A stretch of DNA of 64,000 bases from an uncultured Alphaproteobacteria bacterium (GTDB taxonomy: Bacteria > Pseudomonadota > Alphaproteobacteria > Sphingomonadales > Sphingomonadaceae). The notes under the pieces are model-generated. The model searched no databases and was not told the DNA's origin. It saw only the letters and a program-made list of their open reading frames with translations. The stretch lies in the NCBI GenBank assembly GCA_963783265.1, contig CAWAMU010000017.1, forward strand, positions 286 through 64,285, read 5' to 3'. The stretch's first letter is position 1. Every line of letters starts with the position of its first letter. Both the position numbers and the translations under genes were made by a program. This document shows positions 22,274 through 33,794 of the stretch, in pieces.

Positions 22274-22949
22274 CAGCGATCCATTCGGACACTGCGAAAT
22301 ATTGCCCCATCGCCCATTCCACCGGCGGGAAGACGAAGTTCTCGATGATGTTCGCCTGCGGGAAAATATAGGGCACCACCAACAGCAGGATGAACAACAG
22401 CGGAAAGCCGAATGGACGCACCCTGTTATAGGCGCGCGCGGCAGACGGCGGCAGCAGCCCCTCGATAATATGCGAGCCGTCAAAAGGCGGGATCGGCAAG
22501 AGGTTGAACAGCGCCAGGAACACGTTGATCGCGATAAAATAATATGCGCCATCCGCCAGCCATTGTGGCGGCGTCACATCTGCCGGGAAAAACGCCATCA
22601 GCAGCCCCAGCGCGATTGCGCCAATCAGGGCGAGGATGAAATTTGTGCCAGGTCCGGCAGCCGCCACCGCCATCATGCCAAAGCGCGGATTGTTCAGGCG
22701 CTGCTTTATCACGGGCACAGGCTTGGCCCAGCCGAACACCGGCAATCCCGCCAAGGCCAGGCCGCCGGGCACCAGCAGCGTGCCAATCGGATCGACATGG
22801 CGAATGGGGTTGAGCGACAGGCGCCGCTGCTCCTTCGCGGTGGGATCGCCCAGCATCAGCGCGGTCCAGCCATGCGCCACTTCGTGGAAGACGATGGCAA
22901 CGATCAGGCACGGGATCAGGATCGCTGCCAGCAGGATGGTATCGGTCAT
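22266..22949 (-). CDS. Site-2 protease (M50) family protein
   Basis: FHEVAHG (HExxH) and FNLLPIPPFDG (NxxPxxxxDG). Confidence 0.9.
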   Translation of the reverse strand: MTDTILLAAILIPCLIVAIVFHEVAHGWTALMLGDPTAKEQRRLSLNPIRHVDPIGTLLVPGGLALAGLPVFGWAKPVPVIKQRLNNPRFGMMAVAAAGPGTNFILALIGAIALGLLMAFFPADVTPPQWLADGAYYFIAINVFLALFNLLPIPPFDGSHIIEGLLPPSAARAYNRVRPFGFPLLFILLLVVPYIFPQANIIENFVFPPVEWAMGQYFAVSEWIAGV

Positions 22950-23036
22950 TGCCGCGCTAGATGGGGTGTATCGAGGCTCTGGTAAAGTGCCACGCTTGCG
23001 GTCATGTTGCGCGGCAGGGAAAAACGGGGTTCGGGA

Positions 23037-24630
23037 ATGAGCGCAACAGCAGCGGTGCAATCGCAAACAGGCTTCCTCGGCTGGATTGAACGGACGGGCA
23101 ATCGCCTGCCCGATCCGGTGTTCCTGTTCCTGTGGTTCATCCTCGCGCTGGTGGGCATTTCGGTGGTCGCCGCATGGGCCGGATGGTCCGCGCCGCATCC
23201 GGTGGAGATAGACCCTGCCACCGGCACCTATCGCATCATCGCGGTGGAGAGCCTGCTTTCAGGCGCGAACATCCGCCAGTTGCTGACGCAGATGCCCGAG
23301 ACGTTCACCCACTTCCCGCCGCTGGGATATGTTCTCACCGTCATGCTGGGCGCGGGCGTTGCAGAGCGTTCCGGCCTGTTTGCGACCGCGATGCGCGCCA
23401 GCATGGCCAAGGTCTCAACCTTCTGGCTGACCCCTGCCGTGGCGCTGGTTTCCATGATGGGCAACCACGCCGCGGACGCTGCCTTCGTGGTGATGATCCC
23501 GCTGGCAGGCATCGTCTATCATGCTGCCGGTCGGCACCCGCTGGTGGGCATCGCTGCCAGCTTTGCAGCGGTGTCGGGCGGGTTCTCCGCCAACCTGCTG
23601 CCGGGCCAGCTGGATGCGCTGCTGCTGGGCATAACGGAGGCCAGCGTGCAAACCGTGTTCGGCGACTGGACCGCCAATATCGCGGGCAACTGGTTCTTCA
23701 TCGCGGCGATGACGATAATCTACTTGCCGGTGATCTGGTACGTGACGGACCGCATGATCGAGCCGCGGTTGTCGGGCTATGCGCTCGATGGTTCTGCGGC
23801 AAGAGCCGTGGATGACCAGAAGGATCACACCGCAACCACGGCAGGCGAAAGGCGCGGCCTGCGCAATGCAGGATTGGTCGTGCTGGCGCTGGTGGCGCTG
23901 TGGGCGGCGATGGTGCTGATGCCCAACGCGCCGCTGATCGATCCCGACGCCCCGCCCGAAGGCCGCCTGACCCCGTTCTACCGCAGCCTGCTGCCGTTCT
24001 TCCTGCTGGTCTTTCTGCTGCCCGGCTGGGCCTATGGCCGCGCGGCCGGCACGATCGCCAGCCACCGCGATCTGGTGGACATGATGGCAGAAGCGATGAA
24101 GGACATGGCCTATTACATGGTGCTGGCTTTTGCTGCCGCGCATTTCGTGGCGATGTTCGCATGGTCGAACATGGGGCTGGTGCTGGCGGTGGACGGAGCC
24201 GACGCCCTGCGCGCCAGCGGGCTGCCGGCGTGGGCGATGCTGCTGGGCGTGCTGATCTTCGGCGCGACACTGAACCTGCTGATCGGCTCTGCCAGCGCAA
24301 AATGGGCCGTGCTTGGCCCGGTGATGGTGCCCATGCTGATGCTGCTGGGCCTGTCGCCCGAAATGACCACCGCGGCATACCGCGTGGGCGACAGCGGCAC
24401 CAATATCATCACCCCGCTGATGCCCTATTTTCCGCTGGTGCTGGTGTTCTGCCAGCGCTGGGTGAAAGGCTTCGGCCTCGGCAGCCTGGCGGCAACCATG
24501 GTGCCCTATGCAGTCGGCATCATGGCATCGGGCATGGCGCTGACGGTGGCATGGGTCATATTCGACCTGCCGCTGGGGCCTGATGCCCATGTGTTCATGG
24601 AAGTACCCGCTGCCGAGGTGGCACGAGTGA
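23037..24630 (+). CDS. AbgT family transporter (reads through in frame into the next gene as assembled)
   Basis: WIERTGNRLPDP, FTHFPPLG, ERSG, SGGFSANL, SASAKWA, AYRVGDSGTNIITPLMPYFP. Confidence 0.85.
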
Positions 24631-25118
24631 CCAGGCTTGCAATCATCTGGTATTCGCGCACCGGCGGCAGCCGCCAGCTGGCGCAGGCTGCGCGCGAGGC
24701 TGCGGAAGAGGCGGGCGATATCGAGGTGCGTTTCCTGAAAGCCGAGGAAGCGCAGGCCGAAGACCTGCTGGACACCGACGGATATTTGTTCGCCTGCCCG
24801 GAAAACCTCGCCGCGATTGCCGGTGTCATGAAGGCATTCTTCGACCGCACCTATTACGAAGTGCTCGGCCAGATAGAGGGCCGTCCCTACGCCGCGATGA
24901 TCTGCGCCGGATCGGATGGAGAGAACGCGAAGAAGCAGCTCGAACGTATCTGCACCGGCTGGCGCCTGAAACGGGTGGCGGAAACGCCCATCGTCAATGT
25001 GGCTGCGCAGACGAAGGATGAGATACTGGCTGAAAAGACCATCGCCGAGGATGATCTTGCAAGAGCCCGCGAACTTGGTGCCACCCTTGCCGCAGGGCTG
25101 GAAATGGGCGTTTTCTAG
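24627..25118 (+). CDS. Flavodoxin/WrbA-like flavoprotein
   Basis: [14 protein letters not shown] (flavodoxin FMN loop), [32 protein letters not shown]. Confidence 0.75.
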   Translation: MTRLAIIWYSRTGGSRQLAQAAREAAEEAGDIEVRFLKAEEAQAEDLLDTDGYLFACPENLAAIAGVMKAFFDRTYYEVLGQIEGRPYAAMICAGSDGENAKKQLERICTGWRLKRVAETPIVNVAAQTKDEILAEKTIAEDDLARARELGATLAAGLEMGVF

Positions 25119-25525
25119 CCCTCGTCCACGGCCTCGTCGTCATCCAGATCACGCCGCACCTTAGGATCGTCCAGCAATTGCTCGATCCGGCCGGCTTCGT
25201 CGAAACTTTCGTCGGGCCGGAATTGCAGCTTGGGCGCGAATTTCAGGCCCAGGCGCTGGGCGACCTCGCGCTGGAAGAATGCGGTGTTGGTGCGCAGTGC
25301 CTTGACGATCACGTCCTCGTCCTCGCCCAGCAGCGGTTTCACATACACCTTCGCATTGCGCAGATCCGGCGACATGCGCACTTCCGTCACGGATATGTTG
25401 GACGCGCGCAAGGTATCGTCATGCGCTTCGCCGCGCGCCAGCAGTTCGGAGAGGATATGCCGCACGCGCTCCCCCACTTTCAGCAGGCGAACGGACTGGT
25501 CTTCGGGTTTGGAATGGCGGGCCAT
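25115..25525 (-). CDS. rbfA: Ribosome-binding factor A
   Basis: [50 protein letters not shown]. Confidence 0.95.
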   Translation of the reverse strand: MARHSKPEDQSVRLLKVGERVRHILSELLARGEAHDDTLRASNISVTEVRMSPDLRNAKVYVKPLLGEDEDVIVKALRTNTAFFQREVAQRLGLKFAPKLQFRPDESFDEAGRIEQLLDDPKVRRDLDDDEAVDEG

Positions 25526-25962
25526 CAGTCGTTTCCTTTTGCCTGCGCGCCGTCACCATCGCTCGCCGGCCATTCGGTCACCATCGACGTGGCCGTTGCG
25601 CGGGCGCAGAGCCTGCCCTGGTGGTCGAACAATTCGGCTTCGAGGAAGCAGATCCGCCGCCCTGCCTTCACTGCCCGCGCCTTCACCGTGATGCGCTCCA
25701 TCGCAACAGGGCGCAGCAACGAAAGGTTGAGGTCGAGCGTCAGCTGAAGCTTGCCGCCAGTCGCCATATACAGCGCGGCGCCGAAGGCCTCGTCGATCGG
25801 GCCCGCCAGCAATCCGCCCTGCACCTGTCCGCGCATCATGGCGAACTGGGGCGGCGGGGTGAAGGCCATCTCGACGGTAAGTGTGTCTTCGTCATAGCCG
25901 ACGAATTCAGCACCCATCATCTTTGCCGATGGCCATTGCAGTTCGGAAGGAAGTTCGGTCAT
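25525..25962 (-). CDS. PaaI family thioesterase
   Basis: [40 protein letters not shown]. Confidence 0.75.
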   Translation of the reverse strand: MTELPSELQWPSAKMMGAEFVGYDEDTLTVEMAFTPPPQFAMMRGQVQGGLLAGPIDEAFGAALYMATGGKLQLTLDLNLSLLRPVAMERITVKARAVKAGRRICFLEAELFDHQGRLCARATATSMVTEWPASDGDGAQAKGND

Positions 25963-25967
25963 CGGCT

Positions 25968-25997
25968 AAAAACCCCCTCCCGCGATGGGGAGGGGAG
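25968..25997 (-). terminator. Intrinsic-terminator-like hairpin between infB and the PaaI gene
   Basis: On the minus strand CCCCTCCCC-ATCGC-GGGAGGGGG is followed by TTTTT. Confidence 0.6.
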
Positions 25998-26003
25998 TTC
26001 TCC

Positions 26004-28587
26004 TTAGAGCGTGCGCTCTTCCTCGTTCACCTCGTACACTTCAAGCTGGTCGCCCGGCTTGATGTCGTTGGTGTCTTCCAGCACCACACCGCATTCCAGG
26101 CCAGCGCGGACTTCGTCCACATCGTCCTTGAAGCGCCGCAGGCTGGCGATGGTGGTGGCAGAAACGATTACGTCCTCGCGGGTGAGGCGGGCATGCAGAC
26201 CCTTGCGGATAACGCCCTCTTCCACCAGCAGACCGGCGGCCTTGTCCTTCTTGCCGGACTTGAAGACTTCCTTGACCTCTGCACGGCCAACCACGTTTTC
26301 CACCTTGAGCGGGCCAAGTTCGCCCAGCAGGTCCTTCGTGATCTCGTCGGTCAGGTGATAGATCACATCGTGATACATCATCCGCACCCCATCGCGCTTC
26401 ACCAGTTCGCGCGCCTTGGCATTGGGACGCACGTTGAAGCCGATGATCGGGCACTTGGACCCGTTCGCCAGCATGACGTCCGATTCCGTGATGGCACCCA
26501 CGCCCTGCGTGCAGCACACGCACCTTGATATCGTCGTTGGACAGATTGTGCAGCGCCGTGGTGATCGCCTCGACGGACCCCTGCACATCGGCCTTCACAA
26601 CCACGGGCCATTCGATCACGTCCGACTTGTTGAACATGGTATCGAAGCTGGTCGGAGCCAGCGCCGTGCGCTTCTCGGTTGCCTTCTCGCGGCGGTATTC
26701 AGCCACTTCACGGGCGCGCTGTTCGTTTTCGACAACGGTCAGTTTCTCGCCCGCCGACGGCACGCCGCCAAGGCCGAGAACCTCTACCGGCATCGACGGT
26801 CCGGCTTCCTTGATCTGCTGACCCTGGTCGTTGACGATGGCGCGAACCTTGCCGCTTTCGGTGCCGACAACAAAGGTGTCGCCACGCTTCAGCGTGCCGC
26901 GATTGATCAGCACGGTGGCCACGGGGCCGCGGCCCTTGTCCAGCTGGGCTTCGATCACGGTAGCCTCTGCAGCGCGATCGGGGCGTGCCTTCAGCTCCAG
27001 CAGTTCGGCCTGCAACGCGATCTTCTCGATCAGCTCGTCGAGGCCAGTGCCGTTCTTGGCACTGATTTCAACGTCCTGCACGTCGCCCGACATGGCTTCC
27101 ACCATCACCTCATGCTCCAGCAGGCGCTCGCGCACCTTCTGGGCATTGGCTTCGGGCTTGTCGATCTTGTTGATCGCCACGATCAGCGGCACGTTTGCCG
27201 CCTTCGCGTGATTGATGGCCTCGATGGTCTGCGGCATGATGCCATCGTCGGCGGCCACAACCAGCACCACGATATCGGTGACGTTGGCACCGCGCTGGCG
27301 CATTTCGGTAAAGGCCGCGTGGCCCGGCGTATCGAGGAAGGTGACCTTGGACTTGTCCTTGGTCGTCACCTGATAGGCGCCGATATGCTGGGTGATGCCA
27401 CCCGCCTCGCCGCGCGTGACGTTGGTCTTGCGCAAGGCGTCCAGCAGGCTGGTCTTGCCGTGATCGACGTGACCCATGACGGCCACAACCGGCGGACGCG
27501 ACACCTGCGTTTCTTCGGGATCGACATCCTCGTCGTTGACAATGTCGACGTCGCTTTCGGAAACCTTCTCGATATTGTGGCCGAACTGTTCGACCAGCAA
27601 TTCTGCGGTGTCCTGGTCGATGGTCTGGTTGACCGTCACCATCATGTCGAGATTGAAAAGCTCCTTCACCAGGTCGGCACCCTTCTCGCCCATACGCTTG
27701 GCAAGCTCGCCAACCGTGATGGCCTCGGGCACGACGACGTCGCGAATCTGCTTCTCGCGCGGCTGGCTGGATCCGCCGCCGCCCTGGGCGCGGCGCTCCT
27801 TCTCTCGCGCACGCTTCAGCGCGGCGAGGCTGCGGGCACGGCGGCCCTCGTCCTCGTTCAGCGCCTTGTTGACAGTCAGCTTGCCTGAACGACGTTTGTC
27901 GACAGCGCTGCCACCGCCGCCACGATCGGCGCGGCCGCCACTCTTCTTGTCGTCCTTCTTCTTTTCAGGACGCTTGGGTTCCGGACGTGCGACAGGTGTG
28001 AACTTGCGCGCAGCGGGTGCTTTTGCGTCCTGCTCTTCGGGCGCGGTTTCAGGCGCGGCTTCGGCTTCGGTGCTGGTTTCGGCTTCTGCTGCAGGCGCTT
28101 CGGCCTCAGCCTTGGCTGCGGCCGCTTCATCGGCCTTGCGCTGCTTCTCGGCTTCTTCTTCGGCCTGCTTCTTCTCGACGGCGCGTTTTTTCTCGTCCTC
28201 GGCAGCCTGCTTGGCCTCCTCTTCCTCGCGCTTGCGGGATTCCTGTCCCTGGCGCAGGCGGTCTTCCTCGGCCTCGCGCTGCATGCGAGCGACCTTCTCC
28301 TGCGGAGTCTCTCCGTCAGGAACGGTCTTCTTGGGCGCGGGCTTCCTGGGCTCGGGCTTCTTGGCTACCGGTTCGGGAGCCGGCTCCGGCGCGGGTTCTG
28401 GTGCAGGTGCTGGCGCAGCCGCAGGTTCTTCCCCGGGCTTCACGAGCTTGCGACGACGCTTCACTTCGACCGCTACCTTGTTGGTGCGGCCGTGGCTGAA
28501 GGTCTGCTTGACTTCCCCGGCATCCACGGCGCGCTTGAGTCCAAGCGGTTTGCGGGTGCGTTTCGGGGTTTCGTTCTCTTCGCTCAT
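26004..28587 (-). CDS. infB: Translation initiation factor IF-2 (apparent single-base frameshift ~26505)
   Basis: [32 protein letters not shown]. The C-terminus continues in ORF 26004-26588; an extra G in a GGG run explains the break. Confidence 0.97.
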
Positions 28588-28662
28588 GTGCTCGTTTCAG
28601 TCCTTCAAAATCAAACAGTCACGCCGTCCCTCGCGGGGCAGCTACATTCGCCACCCGGCGAG

Positions 28663-29364
28663 TTACGTATCAGCAGCCGTTGGTGCGGCCCCCATAAAGT
28701 TCAGCAGGCGCTGCAGCGGGATAGCTACCCGCTCAGCCGATTTCGCATCGGCCAGCGCCAAGTGGACGACATTTTCCCGGCCCAATGCCACAGACAGGGC
28801 CTCCCGGTCCAGTGGCAGGCGTTCACCAGTCCGCCCCGAACCTTCTTCATCAAGGCCAACGCGCCATGCCTGGTCCAGCTTTCGGCGCCCGTCCTCTTTC
28901 GCATCTTCGGCGTGGTAGAGGGCGGCTACCGCCCCCATCCGCGCTTCATTTGCGATGCGATCAGAGCCCAAGATAAGGCGTCCGCTGCGCATTTCGAGGC
29001 CCAACCGGTCAAGCACCGCCTTTTTCAGCGCGCTTTCGGTTCGTGTAGGCAAGTCTTCCGGCACATTGAGGCCACCGGTCTTGCCACCGATCTTGAATGC
29101 GCGGGCCAGCGCGCCCTTCAACCGGCCATTGTCGATGGCAGCAGCCAGCTCGGTCTTCGAAACGCCAATCCAGGCGCCGCGCCCCGGCGCCTTGGCTAGT
29201 GCATCGGGATGCACGTCCCCATCCGGCGAAACGGCAAGGCGCACGAGTTCGTCGCGCGCGCCGATGTTGCCCGTCAGCACGCAACGACGCTCGCTCCCCT
29301 TTGCAGAGGAGACGTCGGCCTCGGTTTTAGGCGAACCTAATGTGTCATTGTGAGGATTCCGCAT
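28663..29364 (-). CDS. DUF448/YlxR-family RNA-binding protein
   Basis: SERRCVLTG..LVRLAVSPDG..KAPGRGAWI, in the canonical position between nusA and infB. Confidence 0.85.
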   Translation of the reverse strand: MRNPHNDTLGSPKTEADVSSAKGSERRCVLTGNIGARDELVRLAVSPDGDVHPDALAKAPGRGAWIGVSKTELAAAIDNGRLKGALARAFKIGGKTGGLNVPEDLPTRTESALKKAVLDRLGLEMRSGRLILGSDRIANEARMGAVAALYHAEDAKEDGRRKLDQAWRVGLDEEGSGRTGERLPLDREALSVALGRENVVHLALADAKSAERVAIPLQRLLNFMGAAPTAADT

Positions 29365-31016
29365 CGGCGGCCTCCTCTGCTTGGGGTTCGGAAGCGGCGG
29401 CAGCAGGTGCAGCCTCTTCCTCGTCCTCGAACCAGTGCGCGCGGGCAGCCATGATGATTTCGTTGCCCTGCTCTTCACTCAAACCGAACATGCCCAGAAC
29501 GCCGCCCTTGTCCTGCTCGCGCTGCGGGCGGCGGACGGGTGGGCCATCGGGGCTGTTGTTGCGGCGACGCGGCGCTTCGCGCTTCTTGGCGATCAGTTCG
29601 TCAGTGGCGAGATCGGCAAGATCGTCCAGCGTCTTGATGCCCGCCTTGCCCAGCACCACCAGCATTTCCTCCCGCAGGTGCGGAAGTTCGGCCAGATCGT
29701 CCTCCACGCCCAGTTCGCGGCGGGTTTCACGATGCGCGGCTTCCTGGCGCTCGAGCGCTTCCTGCGCACGGCTCTGGAGTTCTTCGGCCAGTTCCTCGTC
29801 GAAACCCTCGATGGTCGCAAGCTCGTCCAGCTGCACATAGGCAACCTCTTCCAACTCGGCGAAGCCTTCGGCCACCAGCAGCTGCGAAAGGGTTTCGTCG
29901 ACGTCCAGCTCTTCCTCGAACATCTTGGAGCGCAGGGAAAATTCCTTGCTGCGCTTTCTCCGAGGCTTCTTCCTCGGTCATGATGTCGATCTGGCTGTCG
30001 GTCAGCTGGCTGGCGAGACGCACGTTCTGCCCGCGGCGACCGATGGCCAGCGAAAGCTGATCATCAGGCACGACAACTTCGATGCGGCTCTCGTCCTCAT
30101 CCAGCACGACGCGCGAAACGGTGGCAGGCTGAAGGGCGTTGACCACGAACGTGGCGGTGTCTTCCGACCACGGGATGATATCGATCTTCTCGCCCTGCAA
30201 TTCCTGCACCACGGCCTGCACGCGGCTGCCCTTCATGCCGACGCAGGCGCCGACAGGGTCAATGCTGGAATCGTGGGAGATCACGCCGATCTTGGCGCGG
30301 CTGCCGGGATCGCGGGCGGCGGCCTTGATCTCGATGATGCCATCGTAGATCTCGGGCACTTCCTGCGCGAACAGCTTGCGCATGAAATCGGGGTTTGCGC
30401 GGGAAAGGAAAATCTGCGGACCGCGGTTGTTGCGCTCCACCTTGGAGATCAGTGCGCGCACACGCTCGCCCACGCGGGCGGCTTCGCGCGGGATCTGCTG
30501 GTCGCGGCGGATCACACCCTCGGCACGGCCGAGGTTGACGATCACGTGGCCGAACTCGACCGACTTGATGACGCCGGTAATGACTTCGCCCGCGCGGTCC
30601 TTGAATTCCTCGAACTGGCGCTCACGCTCTGCATCGCGCACCTTCTGGAAGATCACCTGCTTCGCGCTCTGTGCGTCGATGCGGCCAAGATCGTCCATGG
30701 CGGGCAGCGGGTCGACGATGAAGTCGCCCACGGCAGAGCCCGGCTCAAGCTTCTCGGCCTGTTCCAGATCGACCTGCTTGAAGTAGTCTTCCACTTCCTC
30801 GACCACTTCGACGACGCGCCACAGGCGCAGGTCGCCGGTCACCGGGTCAAGCTTGGCCCGAATATCGTTCTCCTGGCCGAAGCGTGCGCGTGCGGCCTTC
30901 TGGATCGCCTCTTCCATCGCTTCGATCACGATGCTCTTGTCGATCATCTTCTCCGACGCGACAGCGTTGGCGATCGCAAGCAGTTCAGCCTTGTTGGCGG
31001 AAATGGGACTGGCCAT
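29345..31016 (-). CDS. nusA: Transcription termination factor NusA (apparent frameshift ~29945)
   Basis: ARDPGSRAKI, DPVGACVGMKGSRVQ, SLAIGRRGQNVRLAS. The acidic-repeat C-terminus is in ORF 29345-29923; an extra A in an AAA run explains the break. Confidence 0.96.
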
Positions 31017-31576
31017 CAGTTGTTAGCCTCTTCTTCCTGTTCGAGTTCTTCGATATCGTCGACTCCGCTCATATCGAGCGGCTTGGTTGCGGCCATCAGC
31101 TTGTCGGTAAAGACCAGCTGGGCCGAATGAATTTTTTCCAGCGGCACGGCAACATGCCCTGCCTTTTTATCCGCGATGGTGACGATGTCGCCTTCGATGC
31201 CGACCACTTCGCCCGTCAGGTTGCGATGCCCATCCACCTTCTCGCTCAGCGCAATCTTCGCCTCGTGACCGGCCCAGTCGGTATAATCCTTCGGCCGGGT
31301 CAGCGGACGGTCGATGCCGGGGCTGCTGACTTCGAGGTGATACGCGCCGCGCACCAGCTCCTCGCCATTTTCCTCGACCTCGTCGATGCGATTGGAAACG
31401 CGGCGCGACAGTTCCATGCACTGTTCCACCACCAGCTGACCCGTTGCCGGATCCTCCGCCATGATCTGCAAGGTGCGCTCGTCGCCCGTGCCCGTCATCT
31501 TCACGCGCACGAGTTCGAAACCGAGCGCGCGGGCTTCGGGTTCGATCACGTCAGTAAGGCGCGCAATATCGGCCAT
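31016..31576 (-). CDS. rimP: Ribosome maturation factor RimP
   Basis: LGFELVRV..LQIMAED..YHLEVSSPGIDRPLTR. Confidence 0.95.
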   Translation of the reverse strand: MADIARLTDVIEPEARALGFELVRVKMTGTGDERTLQIMAEDPATGQLVVEQCMELSRRVSNRIDEVEENGEELVRGAYHLEVSSPGIDRPLTRPKDYTDWAGHEAKIALSEKVDGHRNLTGEVVGIEGDIVTIADKKAGHVAVPLEKIHSAQLVFTDKLMAATKPLDMSGVDDIEELEQEEEANN

Positions 31577-31622
31577 CGGTTCTCCATCATCAGGTCCATA
31601 TCCCAAACATGGGGCAGACAAA

Positions 31623-31656
31623 GGGTTTGGTGCCGGCCCCGTCTGGCGCCAGCCCC
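31623..31656 (-). promoter_or_regulatory. Hairpin in the rimP leader (possible attenuator)
   Basis: GGGCTGGCGCC..GGCACCAAACCC imperfect stem about 50 nt upstream of the rimP start. Confidence 0.35.
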
Positions 31657-31784
31657 TCCAGTGTCAGACAATGTCGGGATGGCGGCTATGTAGTCGCAGC
31701 GCTGCGGGAAAGCAACATGGCAATGTGAGAAAGCTGCCGGGCGCGATTGCGCCCTGGCCGGTTACGGCTGCGGGTCCTGCCCCC

Positions 31785-32120
31785 TCATGAGGCGCCTGCG
31801 CCCCTTTCCGATGCACGGTCCAGCGCCAACTCGCCCCAGCCCCCGTCATCTTCATCGGCATAGAGTTCAGTCACCGGATCGCCGAAGCTGCCGACGACAT
31901 AGCCGTCGTCCGCCGCGCCCGTTTCGGCAAGGGGCTCGCTATCGCCCTCGTCAGCAACTTGTGCCGGAGAGCCGCCGGCGAAAACAATCATCGCGCCGCT
32001 ATCTTCGTCATCTTCGCCCATTTCAATGCCGGTCAGGCCAAACCATCCCACCACGCCGATGGCCGCGAAAAAGGCGATCACGCTGGTCACCAGGGTAAGC
32101 TTGTCACGCCGGGTGCGCAT
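31785..32120 (-). CDS. Hypothetical single-pass membrane protein with acidic tail
   Basis: One hydrophobic helix (LTLVTSVIAFFAAIGVVGWFGL) followed by a D/E-rich segment. Confidence 0.55.
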   Translation of the reverse strand: MRTRRDKLTLVTSVIAFFAAIGVVGWFGLTGIEMGEDDEDSGAMIVFAGGSPAQVADEGDSEPLAETGAADDGYVVGSFGDPVTELYADEDDGGWGELALDRASERGAGAS

Positions 32121-32322
32121 GCCTGGCGGAGCAGTGTGGCGAGCAATTCTTGAGGCAGCATGTGACATCGGTTCTGTTGAAGCTCTTTCATGTCAGGCGT
32201 TTTCGGCATGCCGCGCCGGACCCGCAAAGGCCCGGAACAGCATTGCCGTTCTCTCGCGACAGATACTTAACCGGTAGTTCCTAAGCCCGCCTTAATACGG
32301 GAAACCCCTCAGCTGGATTGCC

Positions 32323-33352
32323 CTACTTCTCCTGGCCAATCGCGTGCTTCTTCATCGTATGGCGCAACTGGTCATAGGTAAGGCCAAGGGCCTGGGCGGT
32401 CTGGCGCTGGTTCCAGCGATTGGCACCCAGCGCATGTTCGACGATCGACTTCTCGTGATCGTCGACCGCGGCGCGCAAGTCGGTGATGTCGTCCAGCCGC
32501 GGCCGCGGGGCGGACTGCTGGCGCGCCGACTGGCTGGTATTCTCGGCGCCAGCAGGGGTTGCACCGGGCAGCGGTTTCCACGGCGAATCGAACGGGTCGA
32601 ACACGACTTCGCCGATGGGCTGTTCCCAATTATCCCAGCGATAGACCGCGCGCTCCACCACGTTTCGCAGTTCACGCACATTGCCGGGCCAGGGATGGTT
32701 TTCCAGTCCGCGCGCAACATGATCGGCGAAAGCCGGGCCATTCATCCCAGCTCAGCTCTGCGGCCATGCGCCTGCCGAAATAGTCGGCCAGCACGGGAAT
32801 ATCCCCTTCGCGCACGCGCAGGGGCGGCAGGGTGATGACCTCGAATGTCAGGCGGTCGAGCAGGTCGGCACGGAAGGTGCCTTCGTCCGCGCGGCGCGGC
32901 AGGTCTTCATTGGTGGCAGCCACGATGCGCACATCGACGCGGGTCGGTCGACTGGCACCGATGCGCGTAACCTCGCCATATTCCACCGCCCGCAGCAGCC
33001 GTTCCTGGGCGCCCATGGACAAGGTGCCCAGTTCGTCGAGAAATAACGTGCCCCGGTCGGCTTCCTCGAACCGCCCCTCGCGCGCTCTGGTAGCGCCGGT
33101 GAACGCGCCCTGCTCATGGCCGAACAGTTCGGCCTCGATCAGGGTTTCGGGAAGCGCAGCGCAGTTCATGGTGACCAGCGGCTCTTCCCAGCGATCGGAC
33201 AGGCGGTGCAGGCGTTCGGCGATCAATTCCTTGCCGGTGCCGCGTTCGCCGATTACGAGTACCGGGCGCGCCATCGGCGCGGCGCGGCTGGCCCGCTCCA
33301 CCGCATCGAGAAAGGCGCCGGACTGGCCGATGAACTGGTTATCGCGCTCCAT
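32323..33352 (-). CDS. pspF: Psp operon sigma-54 activator PspF (apparent frameshift ~32740)
   Basis: GERGTGKE, GAFTGA, LFLDE, PWPGNVREL and a C-terminal HTH. No N-terminal regulatory domain. Divergent from pspA. Confidence 0.93.
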
Positions 33353-33361
33353 TGCCAAGAT

Positions 33362-33467
33362 ATAGTGCGATTTCCCAACACTTGGCAATAGACACCAACC
33401 ATCTTTTCTCTTTTCTGCGAAAAAACCGCAGGAATCCGCCATTCCTGAAATTTGGCACGGCTGTTGC
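33362..33467 (+). promoter_or_regulatory. Sigma-54 promoter of the psp operon with candidate activator sites
   Basis: TGGCACGGCTGTTGCA at 33452-33467 (GG-N10-GC). Upstream are ATAGTGCGATTTCCCAA (33362) and TTGGCAATAGACACCAA (33382), candidate PspF sites. Confidence 0.85.
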
Positions 33468-33504
33468 AATTCATGGTGTAGAAAGGGTTCAGGAGGAAAA
33501 ACAC

Positions 33505-33657
33505 ATGTTTGATCGCAGCTTCTTCAACAGCCAACTTGGCCAGGCCGCCATGGTTAGCATCGCCGCGATGATCGCCTTCACCATCTTTGCCGGCATGGAG
33601 CCGGTGGCAGACACGCCAGCCATGCTGGTGGGCCTGCCGACGGTGGAACTGGCGTGA
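33505..33657 (+). CDS. 50-aa hydrophobic protein, first gene of the psp operon
   Basis: AGGAGG RBS. MFDRSFFNSQLGQAAMVSIAAMIAFTIFAGMEP..VELA. The stop overlaps GTG 33654. Confidence 0.7.
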   Translation: MFDRSFFNSQLGQAAMVSIAAMIAFTIFAGMEPVADTPAMLVGLPTVELA

Positions 33658-33794
33658 CCGACGAAAACCGCAACCCTTTGAAGCCGCAGGGTAGTGGCAG
33701 GTCTCGCATCGGCTCGCGTCTCGAGAAGGAAATCGAGCGCATCCGCACCAGCCCCACCCCCACCGGCAACTCGCTTAATATCGGAGGACCCTTG

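Noticed and set aside
26490-32760. Programmed frameshifting in infB, nusA or pspF
   Set aside because: Each break is one extra base in a short homopolymer with no slippery heptamer or stimulatory structure evident. Assembly error is the simpler explanation.
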